Assembly: GCA_003693705.1 (NCBI GenBank)
Contig: RBZT01000850.1
Location: 1-52,845, forward strand
Origin: Polymyxa betae A26-41
Taxonomy: Eukaryota; Protista; Endomyxa: Phytomyxea
Direction of reading: 5' to 3'
DNA length: 52,845 nucleotides
Shown here one piece after another: positions 35,231 through 47,432 of this stretch (within the stretch, counting starts at the first letter, position 1; each line of letters begins with the position of its first letter). The translations under genes and the position numbers were made by a program. The notes under the pieces are model-generated. The model was given only the letters and a program-made list of their open reading frames with translations. It had not been told where the DNA came from and made no database searches.

Positions 35231-36957
35231 CAATGATGACACGATGACTTTATCCTATTCGTAAGCCATCTGATAAACACCGTGATCCACTGCCTGCCAT
35301 CATGACAGGTAACAATATTTTATGTTTGTTGCTGATGTAGGCTTCAGGTCATGTCCGATTTGATAGTAGGAAGAGCAAATACAGCTGCCCGCTTGCTAAG
35401 CCAGTTGTTAGAAAAGCTAGGAACGAATCTTAATGCCAAGTTGACATTCTGAAAAAATGTGTATTAGTGTAAAAAACGGAAGGGAAAAAAATGTGAGGAA
35501 AAACCAATAAAAATGTTTGGCGTTTTGTGAAATCTTTCGAAGATCTGCGCAATTTGATCAGTATATGAAGATGTCATTAAAGTCACTCATTTAAAACGCC
35601 GCAGCGGCATCTCGCTCGGCTTCGCGCTCCCCATTTCGTTCGATATCCACTGGTTGCTGTACATGTTGAGCAGTATCAGCTTTGGTTTTCTCGAATCGAT
35701 CAAGTCATTCTTGCATGATGAGTTTGGCTCACCATTGAATTAGAACGCATCTTGCAATCCTGCATGTTTAAAAGCCTCAGATGTAGCCTTATCGGTAGTG
35801 ACATCTGTGGAAGAGAGCATGCTACATTCTACCTCCTTTGTTCAACTTTGAAAAATAATACACTCCCTCCTTTGTCCAATTAAAAAAGCATATTCGAAGT
35901 TTATTGAGAACACATCCTTTTCATCATAATTTAACGTAGTTACTGAAACCTCCACGATGGTCATCTCAAACGATTCCCATATTCATATAAGCGAGCCCTG
36001 ACCATAACAAAGATTGATGCATCTCTGTGTCAAAGACTGTTCGCTTTGTCGAGTAAACTCGGGTTCTCATCTGGGCATCACATCGTACGTTCCAGCGCCA
36101 ATGAACATCCCCAAGTATCGCTTGAGACAGGAAGATGGTGCCAATTTCAGCCACTACAACTTTATTCTTGGCTATGACATACCCAATGCTTGAACACTCT
36201 TGTCTATCAAGAAGCTCGAGAGAGAGTAAAATGAGAACTCAGCGCAGCCACCCCAAAGATCACATTCGCCTTTACAACTGCTTTAAAGTTTCAAACTCTG
36301 TATTTATTCACCATTCTTTCCTGTCTGGATGTGAACAGCAGCAAGGCCGAGGTTGCCAGAAGCGGCCCACCAGATTCTGAGCAGAAAGTCGATTTACAAG
36401 GAAGATTTTGAGGCGATGGTTTTCTTTTGGCGATTTGGACAAATATGCTGTATATCAAACCGTTCACTTTCTTTGTACCGTACTCTATCTTCAATCAGGT
36501 GTAGATTACTAATGTGTACTAGGTGATTAGTGTATGAGGAGGTTTTCTTAGAAGTGTTTTTCTTCGAAAGCACCTCTTCTTGAAACGAAATTGAAACTTC
36601 ATTGTATCTATTCAATTCGCGAAGCTTTGACGCATCTATATTTGTTCGAACGTAAGCGACCCCAGAGCACCATTACTGATAAACCGTTTATGTATAACCT
36701 TAGAACAACTGTGGACGACCCAGCTTAGCAAAAAATGGCTTGCCATTTGCCAATGCAATATCAGATAATCCAGAGGGTATGGGTACTTGTCTTTTTATTT
36801 CTTTTTAATTGAATAAATAGTTAGTCAAGAGGCTGGACAATGTGAAAGACAAATAAGTGAGAGATGAATCGTGTCGATTGAACAAGAAATTAATTCCCTT
36901 CCGCGCGGAATAGGCGATCATGTATCTCGCATTAGTCTTCACGCTGTCGTCGTCGTC

Positions 36958-38175
36958 ATGTCATCCTCGTCTGATGTCAACAGTCTGAATACGATCCCGC
37001 CCAGCTGCCTCATCCAGATCTGCGAATTTTTGGGTCCCGGCTCCATCTTCGTCTTGGGTCGGGTCTCCAAGGCGCTCTATATCTTCACCCGGTCGCCGTC
37101 TGATCTGGCCCAGCTCGGGCGTATCTTCAACATCCCAGCGTCTGAGTCGGTCTGGAATAGCCAATTCCGTCATCGAGTCTCTATTCGCTCCGAATATCCT
37201 GACTGTCCCGAATCTACACTGGATCTGGATTCATGCCCGACCTCGAACTGTATTCGTCTGGGCTCATTCCCTCTGTTCCGTCCTTTTGAAAATTTCGACA
37301 CGTTCACCTTTCACGAAGGCTTTGGCGCCCTGCGTCGTAACAAGCTGCTGATTTTCAACGATAAACTCGAACACGTTCGGACGGTGGACTGGACCAACCC
37401 GATTTTGAATTCGCTGTCCCAAGGCCGAGGTTCGCCTTATATCTGTTCAACCCAAGATGGTGCTGTGATATTCGTCGAGCCAATGACTGGGGACGTTGTC
37501 TACTCGTTCAAATGCGAAGATGCTAAATTATATTCTGGAAATTATCTGCTGACTGTTTCCAAATCGAACATCAGCCTCATGGAGATCGACTTCGAATTAA
37601 AGCAACATAGCATACTGTGGACCAAGTCGTTCGAACTGTTCAAAGATTCCGAATTTCGTATGCGCGGCGACTATATCTTCCATTTCCGCGAATCCGAGCG
37701 AATGGTTTACGAGCTTACGATGCTAAACGCGCGAACAGGCGATATGCTCTGGCAGAAGACGATCAAAGGTGTCAAGATCAAGGCGTCGATGTCGCTGTCG
37801 CTCGTTACGGTCTGGAACATGTATGGAAGCGGTCTGCAGATTCGCCATTTTGAATGCGACTCTGGCGCCGATTATGAAAAGGACAACCAGCTTACAGGGC
37901 ACATTTTCCGACCCGGTGGCTGTGTCACAAGACCTCTTTTGGTTGGAGACGGATTCATCGCCGCCACCGTCCCGTTCATCCGCTCTGATCACAAGCTGGT
38001 CGTTGTCGATTTCCTGAACGGCACTATCTCCAAGGAGGTCGTCAGTGATCTGAACGAGCACCGAATCGGGATCGCATTCCGGGAGATGCCATTCGCTCCT
38101 GTTAAGATTAAGCTTTTCAGTTTCCAAGAGCTTCCCGACGATAATGTGAAGCAGACCGATCCCAGATTTGCATAA
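36958..38175 (+). CDS. Intronless F-box protein with a probable PQQ-type beta-propeller C-terminus
   Basis: LNTIPPSCLIQICEFLGPGSIFVLGRVSKALY (F-box). Repeats VEPMTGDVVYS, LNARTGDMLWQK and VDFLNGTISKE. Confidence 0.75.
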   Translation: MSSSSDVNSLNTIPPSCLIQICEFLGPGSIFVLGRVSKALYIFTRSPSDLAQLGRIFNIPASESVWNSQFRHRVSIRSEYPDCPESTLDLDSCPTSNCIRLGSFPLFRPFENFDTFTFHEGFGALRRNKLLIFNDKLEHVRTVDWTNPILNSLSQGRGSPYICSTQDGAVIFVEPMTGDVVYSFKCEDAKLYSGNYLLTVSKSNISLMEIDFELKQHSILWTKSFELFKDSEFRMRGDYIFHFRESERMVYELTMLNARTGDMLWQKTIKGVKIKASMSLSLVTVWNMYGSGLQIRHFECDSGADYEKDNQLTGHIFRPGGCVTRPLLVGDGFIAATVPFIRSDHKLVVVDFLNGTISKEVVSDLNEHRIGIAFREMPFAPVKIKLFSFQELPDDNVKQTDPRFA

Positions 38176-39960
38176 GCTTTTACTGTTGATATTGCCAATC
38201 TGTCATACATACTGTTTTGTGGTTTCGATAGGAGATTTCCTCTGCTTTATTGTCTGAATATAATCTAACCAAACTGAAATAATATATCAAATTGGCTCTA
38301 TTGCATTCTTCATGCCATACGAGATTTGAGATATAGTTGTTTCATGTTAGACGATCCTGGTTTGCAAATGAAACGAGAGGAATGGAAAGGATCTTGAAAT
38401 GGCACTCAGCTTAGGAGTTGCTCCCTATTACGATTTCATCGATAAAATGTTTGCTGCAGATCCGCCGTCTGTTTCTTTTGCGAGCGTTCCTGAAAGCGAC
38501 AATGAGCGCGCCCGTTCTTAAACGCCACATTCCCGTTGTCTATTCCTCTCGTTCCTGTCGACCGATGTAATTCAGATCGTCTAGCATGATCATTAGAATA
38601 GCCAGCATTGCCGGAAACTGGGTCTACAGGATTCTTTGTCGTTGGGAGACCAAACATCGCCTTTGTCTTTTACGATTACCGAAACAAGATCGCACTTGCA
38701 GTTTCGCCAAGCAACGTGGGCGACGCTAGATCAACCGAAGCATGAAAAGAGTTGCCAGTAGGTCTTCAAACGTCATAAGAAAACCAATCCGAAAGGTTCA
38801 AGATTGTCCGATTTTGATCGTTCTCTAAACGAAATTGATTGCCATAATGGAGGACGTTCAATGCAAATCGGTTAGGCCGTTTTTAATCAGCATTTCAAGA
38901 TCGAAATCTGCCATTCTGCACGATAAAAAAAGGTCGGCAAAAGTATGGCGGCTTAACATCTGGTAATGGAAACTGCACAAATCGGCAACAGACATCAAAG
39001 CTGCAGTCCTACGCACGTCTGAATAGCTGCCATGGACAGCATGTTATAGCGAGACTGCTCCTTTTGTTAATCTATGAATGCTCAATGACTAACGGGTGTC
39101 TTATCAGAGTGTTTAGTCACCTAATTGTTTCTTCAAAAGAACTTGGCCACAAAAAAAACAATAAAAAGTTAGAATGGCTGCGCCGGCGTAGCCACCTCAG
39201 TTGCTTCTTCATCTTGAACTTTTCTGTAAAGCTGCTACATGCTATAAAGGCGATCACGGCCTGACAATGGGTCGCCAGGCTTCGCTTTCTGAGGATCCCA
39301 AAATCTGCTAAAGACTGCTTGATATGCTAACAATGATTATTACGAGGCCTCCGATTTGAAAGCTGGCTTGTTGATTGAAGCTGGTTAACGCTTCATAGCT
39401 TCCTGGAGGTGCCGGTCGTTGTCGTCTTTGAAAATGGATTCACGAATCAGCGCAACGCTTCAGAAGCCTCCTCATTTACAAATGAATTGTAAGAATTGGC
39501 ATTTTCTGGGATTTCTTTTATCAAGTAGCTCTTATAAGTACGGTTGCTTGAGCCTTTTTTTCACTCTTGGCCATCAAAGAGCAATGCTGCATTAAACTTT
39601 GAGAACGGAAATCATTGAGAAACCGATCAATAGCGTCTCAAATGAGAACGTTCATGCGTCTTCTGTACGTGGTCAATCGTTTCTTGATTTTATCTTTGGC
39701 GGCAGCGTTTATTTGCTCTTCAGGGTCGATTATGAATTTTTCGTCAATAATACGAAGTGATTTGAATTATAGCAAGAAAAATCGAAGAAGGGTCGTGTCA
39801 GCCCATTTGTCGGTTACATCAACAATCGTCATCAGGTTAGATATCAAGAAAGATGATGACGCTAAGGTTTCGATTCGCTCATCGTAATTTATCTCATTTG
39901 GAATTGATGCTTATCGGAGGGCACAATTCATGAATCTGCCACAGCTTCGTTAAGGCCGTC

Positions 39961-41587
39961 ATGTTGTCGGATCTGCCCGTTGCTTTGCTCGTCCAGATCG
40001 CCTGCCTCTGTGATCTGCGAACTGTCCATCAGCTGGCGCTGTCGTCTCCGCTTTTCTCTCGTCATCTGCAAACACAACTCCAAATGATGCGGCTATTTGG
40101 TCCAGCACCATTGGCTGCTACAGATCCAAAAATAATCCTCGACTTTATCGATAATTTGGCGATGAAAATCCAGCCCAATCATCAGCTACATTCGTATTTG
40201 CGGAATATTGTTACCATCCAAAACGTTCTCAGGATCCTCGATAACATTCTGCCAGAATGTCGCTATCCGAAAGCTATGCATAATCTCATCCATGATCTGA
40301 AACTGGAACAATTCGCGGAGATGGCGCCAGGCGTACTGGTTCATGTGCTATCGCAAGAAGAGGCGTTGACGAGTGTCGTGCTAACGAACCTTGAACACAC
40401 AAGAACCATTGTCTCGCCGATATTGCGTCTGCCGATCGATATCGAACAGAAAGTATTTGATTTTCTGATGTCGTCGTATCTGCAGAGATTTCAATCCTCT
40501 TTTGTCGATTGGATTCGTCCAGAAACCGAATTTATTCGAGAGTTGTTTTCTGAGACAGTTCTGCGCCTTTTTGCTGAGATTTCTACTACTTCTTCAGACA
40601 TCCGACCGGTAGAGTAGAGATTGAAATTGTCAAAGACATTAACCTCCTCTCATCACTCGTTCGAACTGGATTTCGCCCGAATCTCACTCAGTATTGCAGT
40701 AGTCTCTATATTTCGGGCCCAACGCCATTACCGCTGAAGGTGCCTGCTGCTGAATTCGAAGAGATTATGCCATTTTTCTGCCCGTTGTCATCAACGTTAT
40801 TCCCGAAAGCGTTTATGTTCGACCAACAGCAAAAGAAGAGAGAGAAGGTAGAATTTGAAGTCCCATTATATGATATGGACTTCCAAACGCTGATAAATAA
40901 AATGAAATCTGAACTGCCAAACATCCATAAAGATACAATGTTAAGAAAGCTTCGAAATAAACTAAAAGTGATAACGGGCAATGATAAAATGGTAATCCAT
41001 TCGCTACGAATAGTTTATGCTTACGTGATGTATGAAGAGAGTGATAAGACGACTTCCTTTCCGACATACACACAGCGCCTTCTTGGTCAGGACCATTCCA
41101 CTACATCCGTCCGCCTCCATTATCGTCTAATTCAGCGGGAGTCGGACGCAGACTCCTGCACAAGTTGAATTCGCAGTTAATTTAAAAGCCACCGCAAATT
41201 GCCATGTATATTTTCAGGGATTTGTGATCTGGATCAAACTTCATTCTCAAGATAACCAACCGCCCTGACAGTGTGATTAAGGGTAGACTTTCCAAAAGGG
41301 CTAATCATATATTGATCGCCACCGATTACGGCCAACAAAGGCCTGCATTGATAAAGCTGATAGCTGAAGCCCAGCTCGATTTTTTGACAACGGCATCCGA
41401 GCGAAAGGAGGCGATGGACATGGAAGTCATGACATGCACTTTTCTGGCTGGGAAATCGCATTCCCTGGTCCCATATAAATTAGAATCCCTGTACGAATTT
41501 TTAACGGTGCTGGATTGCGGGTTGGCGTGGGCGAATACAGAACATTGCTCATGCCCCAACGCTTGCAGATCGGCGGCAATGCCTTGA
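39961..41587 (+). pseudogene. F-box protein pseudogene
   Basis: MLSDLPVALLVQIACLCDLRTVHQLALSS (F-box). A GTAGA duplication at 40609-40618 causes a frameshift and stop; removing one copy fuses the ORF to 40740-41168. Further lesions lie downstream. Confidence 0.7.
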
Positions 41588-42706
41588 GTACCAGGGATTT
41601 GTAAGAATCAAGCAGGCGCTCCGTGTAATGCACCCAAATGGATTTATCCACATGGACGTTAACTCCGACAATATGTTCATGGACCACCAGTTGAACTGGT
41701 TTTTTAGGGGATTTCTCATGTGTTAGAAAGCGCGGCGATAAACTATTCAACTGGAAGAATCCCAACTTCCCATACAGACTGACGCGGAATATGAAAGCCA
41801 GGCCATCCATGATTGTCATCCAGCTCTGTGTTCTAGTTGCGGTCCAGTTGCAAAAGCACAAATTCCTGGAATTGATGGACACCGAGGAAGGACATTTCCG
41901 CCCTAAGAAGATTGTTGAACGGCAATCAACCATTAGACAGGAGAGCTTCAAAACGGAAGTCCTACAACTTTCCGCCCAAAGCCGTAATACAATCGAGAAT
42001 CTGGTCAAGAATCATTAACAGTGCTGTGATATGTTATCGTGACCTTTTCTTGTGTATCGCATTTCATCCCTGTATAAACAAACCAAATGGTGTTTTAACC
42101 TTAAGACCCACGTGCGAGGTTAAAACCCCTTTTTTAACAAATATATTTCGATTGAAGTCAATAAAATAATCTGGAAACTCAGCGATTCGTTTGTATAACA
42201 TCACTACTATATAAATGGGATTCGTTTCAAATGATTTTCAATACCGATTTGACATTGTTGTTTTAGTATGTTCAGTCTCAACAATGGGGTCAACAACACC
42301 AATTAACAGAGTAATCCGCAATAGGAAACACATATCTGAACAGCAGAGCAGCAATCATCATCATCATAATCAGAGTAATCAGTCGTAAAGGAAACATCTA
42401 ATACGACAGTCGACAGATCAACAATCATAGTCATCATCAGCATTAAAAGGATGAACTGCAATAGACTGGGCAGGAATATGATGGATAAAGAAGATAGAAT
42501 AACAGGGACTAAGAATGACATTGTTTAATGGTTTAAAATTTTGAGTTAATAATAATTATATTAATGTTTTCTTCATACTGACCGCGATTGTGGAAATGAA
42601 GATGAACGTGAGTCAAAACGATATACCATCATGGTCAGTCGTCTGACTTGGTTCAGAGTTGAGAAATTAATTTTCATATATCTATATTGATATGATCTGT
42701 TCAAGA

Positions 42707-42895
42707 TTAGATTCGGACAAATAATGGTTTAATGTGGGCGACATATTGAGCGATGCCAAACAAATCTATCTGAAAGACCGCAGTGACCAAATCAGTACCT
42801 CGTCTTATTGGGCTTTCTTCTGATTCGATGAGACCCACACACTGCCCAAAATGAATGAAGCCAACGATACAAATAAGTACAACCAGTAAATCCAT
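42707..42895 (-). CDS. Possible first exon of a small secreted protein
   Basis: MDLLVVLICIVGFIHFGQCVG resembles a signal peptide. Downstream exons not resolved. Confidence 0.25.
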   Translation of the reverse strand: MDLLVVLICIVGFIHFGQCVGLIESEESPIRRGTDLVTAVFQIDLFGIAQYVAHIKPLFVRI

Positions 42896-43599
42896 CTCGG
42901 AAAAGGATCTGGTCTAAAGTCAACAGTCTCTTAGCGGAACGAATCACAGATCAGCGTTCAATTACGTTTGTTCGGTTGACGGTCATGGAGACCATAACTA
43001 GTGCCGTAAGGGCACTTAAGAAGGCATCGTTGCGGATCAATGGGAGGAGGACCCATCAGATCTTCGAAATAGCCACCAATCGAGCAACGAGGCATAGGTA
43101 CTCGTAATAATATCCAAGAAGCTAAGCGAAAACCGGAAATTGGACATCCGCATATTTCATGCGCGATTCCGACTCTTCATATGATTTCTGTTAGAAATTT
43201 AATATGTCAATGAATTCAATAAAATCGTTTAGATATTGAACCACTCAACCCCCAGTAAAACCATCACCATTGGGCGATAATCGAGAAATGAAATGGGAAC
43301 GGATACATAAACAAGAAATAATTTGCTTGATAGTTAAAGATAATGAAAGGATACGTAGATCTAAAAATGATCAAGACCTTTATAATATCAATAAAGAGTT
43401 ATTATCATAACCGATGGAATAGTGATTAAACTGGATACCTGCGAGTGTCTCTCTATAAGAATGGACGAAAGCGCAATCATTACATCCCCAGATTGCTGTG
43501 ACGCAGTTCGTGCCCAATCCCGAACACCTGAAAGAGATTGACCAACATCGACAAGGTAATAACCGACAATAATAGATTACGTAGTTTGCGCTGGTGCTC

Positions 43600-44061
43600 T
43601 CGTGAAACTAACAATTGGAACAGAAATATGTACTCTGTAACCGTCCATAAAACGTAAGCATTTACGAGCGAAACGACAAATGCTCTTAACAGAGGCTGAG
43701 TCTAGAGCTATGGATAATAAACGCTGGATCCCAGCGAAAGTGTAATCGCAGTGTCTCTGAACATATGCCTTCGAAGCACCCCAATAAAGATCATTGAAGT
43801 TAAATTCACAGTTGAAGGAACTTCGGATAAAAATCCAGAAAGAATCCTTGGTCAACGCCTAGAGTCTCCTTCAGCCAGCTTCGCTGTGAGCTAAAGTCCA
43901 GCGTCTTGATAACAGCTCCCTTGCTTCGCTGTGAGCTACAGTCCAGCTGCCTAGATAACAGCTCCCTTGCTTCGCTGTGAGCTACAGTCCAGCTGCCTAG
44001 ATAACAGCTCCCTTGCTTCGCTGTGTGCTAAAGTCCAGCTGTCTAGATACAGCTCCCTTGC
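43600..44061 (-). pseudogene. IS630-Tc1-mariner-type transposase C-terminal fragment
   Basis: ARELLSRQLDFSSQRS..FYPKF/NCEFNFNDLYWGASKAYVQRHCDYTFAG...ALDS..VKSICRFARKCLRFMDGYR matches the PKFHCELNxIExYW...RRFARKSxRYMDAYR pattern. Confidence 0.75.
43878..44061. repeat. Four tandem copies of an approximately 46-bp unit
   Basis: gcttcgctgtgagctacagtccagctgcctagataacagctccctt starting at 43878, 43923, 43969 and 44015. Confidence 0.95.
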
Positions 44062-47000
44062 TGTGGTTCTTTGGCGGAGGCATATAGAGTTTGGAGAGAC
44101 CCTCGCATTTTCCGAACTGGGAGGCTCCGCACCATATAACGCACAGTGACAGCAAAATCTGTGTGACTGTGTTTAACCAAAAACTGCGACTGGATAGAGA
44201 GCAGGCAGGGGATGTTTCAAAATCACGGCGTCCCATAGTAACTTTTTTTAAGCAATTCCGTGACAATTTTGTAAAACAAAATAAGAAAAACTGGATGCAA
44301 CATTCGATTCCTTTCGATGAGATCTATCGATTACTGCATTTATGATCGAATTTCAGGTCAAACTGGAGGACTAGATCCAAATACCACGGGGCTCCTAACA
44401 AATGCGTCGAGTTAAGATGTCCTGTACCATATGAGCGAGTTGGAGATATATCTCTTGCTGCGAGAGCAATTTCGGAGAAACGTTCGGCGCGGATTACATA
44501 AGAACGGCTTGGTCCGATCAATGGATTTATTATTGCAAGAGGTGGCGTCGAAGTGCCCGCTTTAAAATCCGGCGTTAGTGCTCACTGATCGGTAAAAAGA
44601 GCTGAAATCGCCCAATTATGCTTAAACGCGAGCCGATTATTCATTAGGAGCTACAAACAATTGCTTATTACTCTCAGCATTTGATGTAAACATGGTTTCA
44701 GTGATGACGACGATGTTAAGAGCAACGGAAGGAGCTGGCGGCAGCTGTGACGAACAGGCATTTGCGGAATTCGAAGGCAGCTTCCGTACTGTCCGCGACA
44801 CAACCGAGACAGAACAGTGGCAACTGGAGGCGACGGGATGTTCGGGCCTTAAAACCCATCTCTGAATCCAACAGCTCTATGTCCAGGCAATCCAGATACT
44901 CTCCCCGAATAACGCCATAGTTAAAGTAGACTCCTCCGAATCAGTCTGCGGCCCAGCGGCTGATACGACCAGTTCGGGAATGTAACGTAATCCATCGGGT
45001 TCGTACTTGGAACTGAAACGTAAGCATGCAGGACCCAGATTGAGCGGCTGCCGCCGACCCCTACCGACGACTTTGCCGATTCCGAAATGTAACATAATTT
45101 GGCATGCTTCGTATTTGACCAGAAACGTAACATGCCATAGGACTTACTGATCCCGTGGCTGCTATCTCAAGGCACCAGCGCAACCCGTCATCATAGATGA
45201 TCTCCGATAAGGCTGTTCACTATTGAAGCCGCGCATAATAATAACGACAGGTAATACTACATTCTATTGACAACGAGGCTTGGCACAACCAGGACGCCTT
45301 TATAGGGTTTAAGAGAAGAAGAGCCGCTGTCGTCCGCAACGCTGATCGATAACGGCCACGTACTCGATGCATTAACGACTCTGGAATCGCTTAAGCCCGG
45401 AATTTAATTCAATATCATCGAATTTGATTGATTCATCGAGCTACGACGTCTCAGGATTTTGACGTAAACTTGATGCGGAATGACCAGCACGACGCCGCTG
45501 TCCGAGAGTGGATCGGGATTGCGACCGATGCTGATCTATTGGTGACGACATGTAATGCCCTGAGTTCTATCACTATCAGCTGAATGATGATGTCCGCAGG
45601 TCGCTACTGATTGAGCTCGGTAATCGGCCTATTGGTCGAATGATCCGCCTATGAAATCTACTTGGATATTCTTAAAAGCGATCGGATCGCCTCGAACGGC
45701 TCCGGCTACAGAACAAGGCCTGGTACTAACCCACAACTTGCATTTCATTAATCTTTGTTTAAAAAGATGATGAACGAGTAGCTCTATCGATTCTTGATGC
45801 GTTATCCGATGATCCCAGAAAACATTAGCCGGCCTCTCTACAATGTATCTGAGGATTTCGTGTCGTGTCGCGATAGGGTTTGCTGAAAGCGTTCGACGAC
45901 CACATCCGACGTCAGAAGTTCCCATCTGTGAATGTGCTTTTGTTTGAGCTGAGTCTGGCGGCCAATCACGATCTACTCGATGTGATCAAGGCGTTTTAAT
46001 ATAGAGGAGACAAAAAGGGGAAAATAATGGGAAACCGATGGGGTCGCAGCGTCTGAAAGAGTTGCTGTAATGCAACGGATCTCGCGATCGTATGATAAAT
46101 AGTAGCTGATTGTCTATTTGTCAAACATGTTAGCTAAGAAAGCGACAATAAAGCGAAAGCCGCAACATCGCTGCAGAAGAGCTTGACAAGCCTCCGCTAC
46201 CGTCAGCCGACGTCTCAATGCTCTTATTTCAGATGGCATTCAAATCTCTGGTCGAGGTTTGACGACGAAGAATTTGACGAGAAGAGTGATGGAGATTCTG
46301 AAGCTTGGTCTACAGCAGAAATGGAAGGCGTTCATAGATGCACAAAGGCGTTCAATTTGTAACTTCCACTTCATCAAATTATGTCGGCGAGCTTGTATAA
46401 GGGCCTGCAGAAGCTGATTGCTCATAATCTTTGCTGGATTATGCATTTGAAAGAGAGAGACGCAACCTATAGTCAACAAAATTCTCGTAAACTGCTTTTT
46501 TGAGTTGTGACTCTGAGAGCCACCACTAAGCACTTTCACACAGCGCAGATTTTAACAGCATTTTGAATCCGTTTTTCACGCAATTTTTCGATTGAAACTG
46601 AAGAGCGCCTGTCTGAGTCTGTCTGATCTCCAAAAATACACGCTGAAATGACTGATGAGCAAGTGACGCAGTTACTGACGGACTGCGAAGGTCAACCTCT
46701 CTGCTATTTCTCTCCCTGTTTGTCAGAGAATCGTTTCCAACGCGATGAGGACGTTTACCTGCTGGCTGTCGATCAGCATTGCATTGGCTGCGACGGGCTG
46801 CAATGCTGGATATCCTCCTCCATACAATCTGGGCATGATGTATACACCAGACCCTAACCCTAACCCGGTATCNNNNNNNNNNNNNNNNNNNNNNNNNNNN
46901 NNNNNNNNNNNNNNNNNNNNNNNNNNNNNNNNNNNNNNNNNNNNNNNNNNNNNNNNNNNNNNNNTCCGTCTATCCTGTCTATCTGATCATCTGTATATGA

Positions 47001-47432
47001 TAGTATTGTCGATATCAATATCCGCCTATAAATCACAACTTCCATCATCATAATCATCAATCGGTATGATATCGATCCATTCCTGCATTATTTCGACATA
47101 ATCGCTCAATGATTAATNNNNNNNNNNNNNNNNNNNNNNNNNNNNNNNNNNNNNNNNNNNNNNNNNNNNNNNNNNNNNNNNNNNNNNNNNNNNNNNNNNN
47201 NNNNNNNNNNNNNNNNNNNNNNNNNNNNNNNNNNNNNNNNNNNNNNNNNNNNNNNNNNNNNNNNNNNNNNNNNNNNNNNNNNNNNNNNNNTTCTGCGGAT
47301 TTTGCTGTAAAGTGTAAAGCCGCTACTTTTTTCTTTTTTTTTTCTTAAAAATTCGTGTTCAGCGTAAGGTTTGATTAATAGTTGCCATAAATCCCGTTCA
47401 CGTTACCCGGATGGCTGATTGTTGTTACACAG

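Noticed and set aside
35590-36650. Decayed coding sequence or TE with a GC hairpin near 35610
   Set aside because: No recognisable motif or termini; cannot be supported.
38400-39500. Minus-strand gene remnant
   Set aside because: Protein-like fragments with many stops and no identifiable family.
43878-44061. CRISPR-like 46-bp repeats
   Set aside because: Head-to-tail copies without spacers, derived from transposase coding sequence.
44100-46860. Short ORFs and possible pseudogenes
   Set aside because: No coherent gene model or motif could be built.
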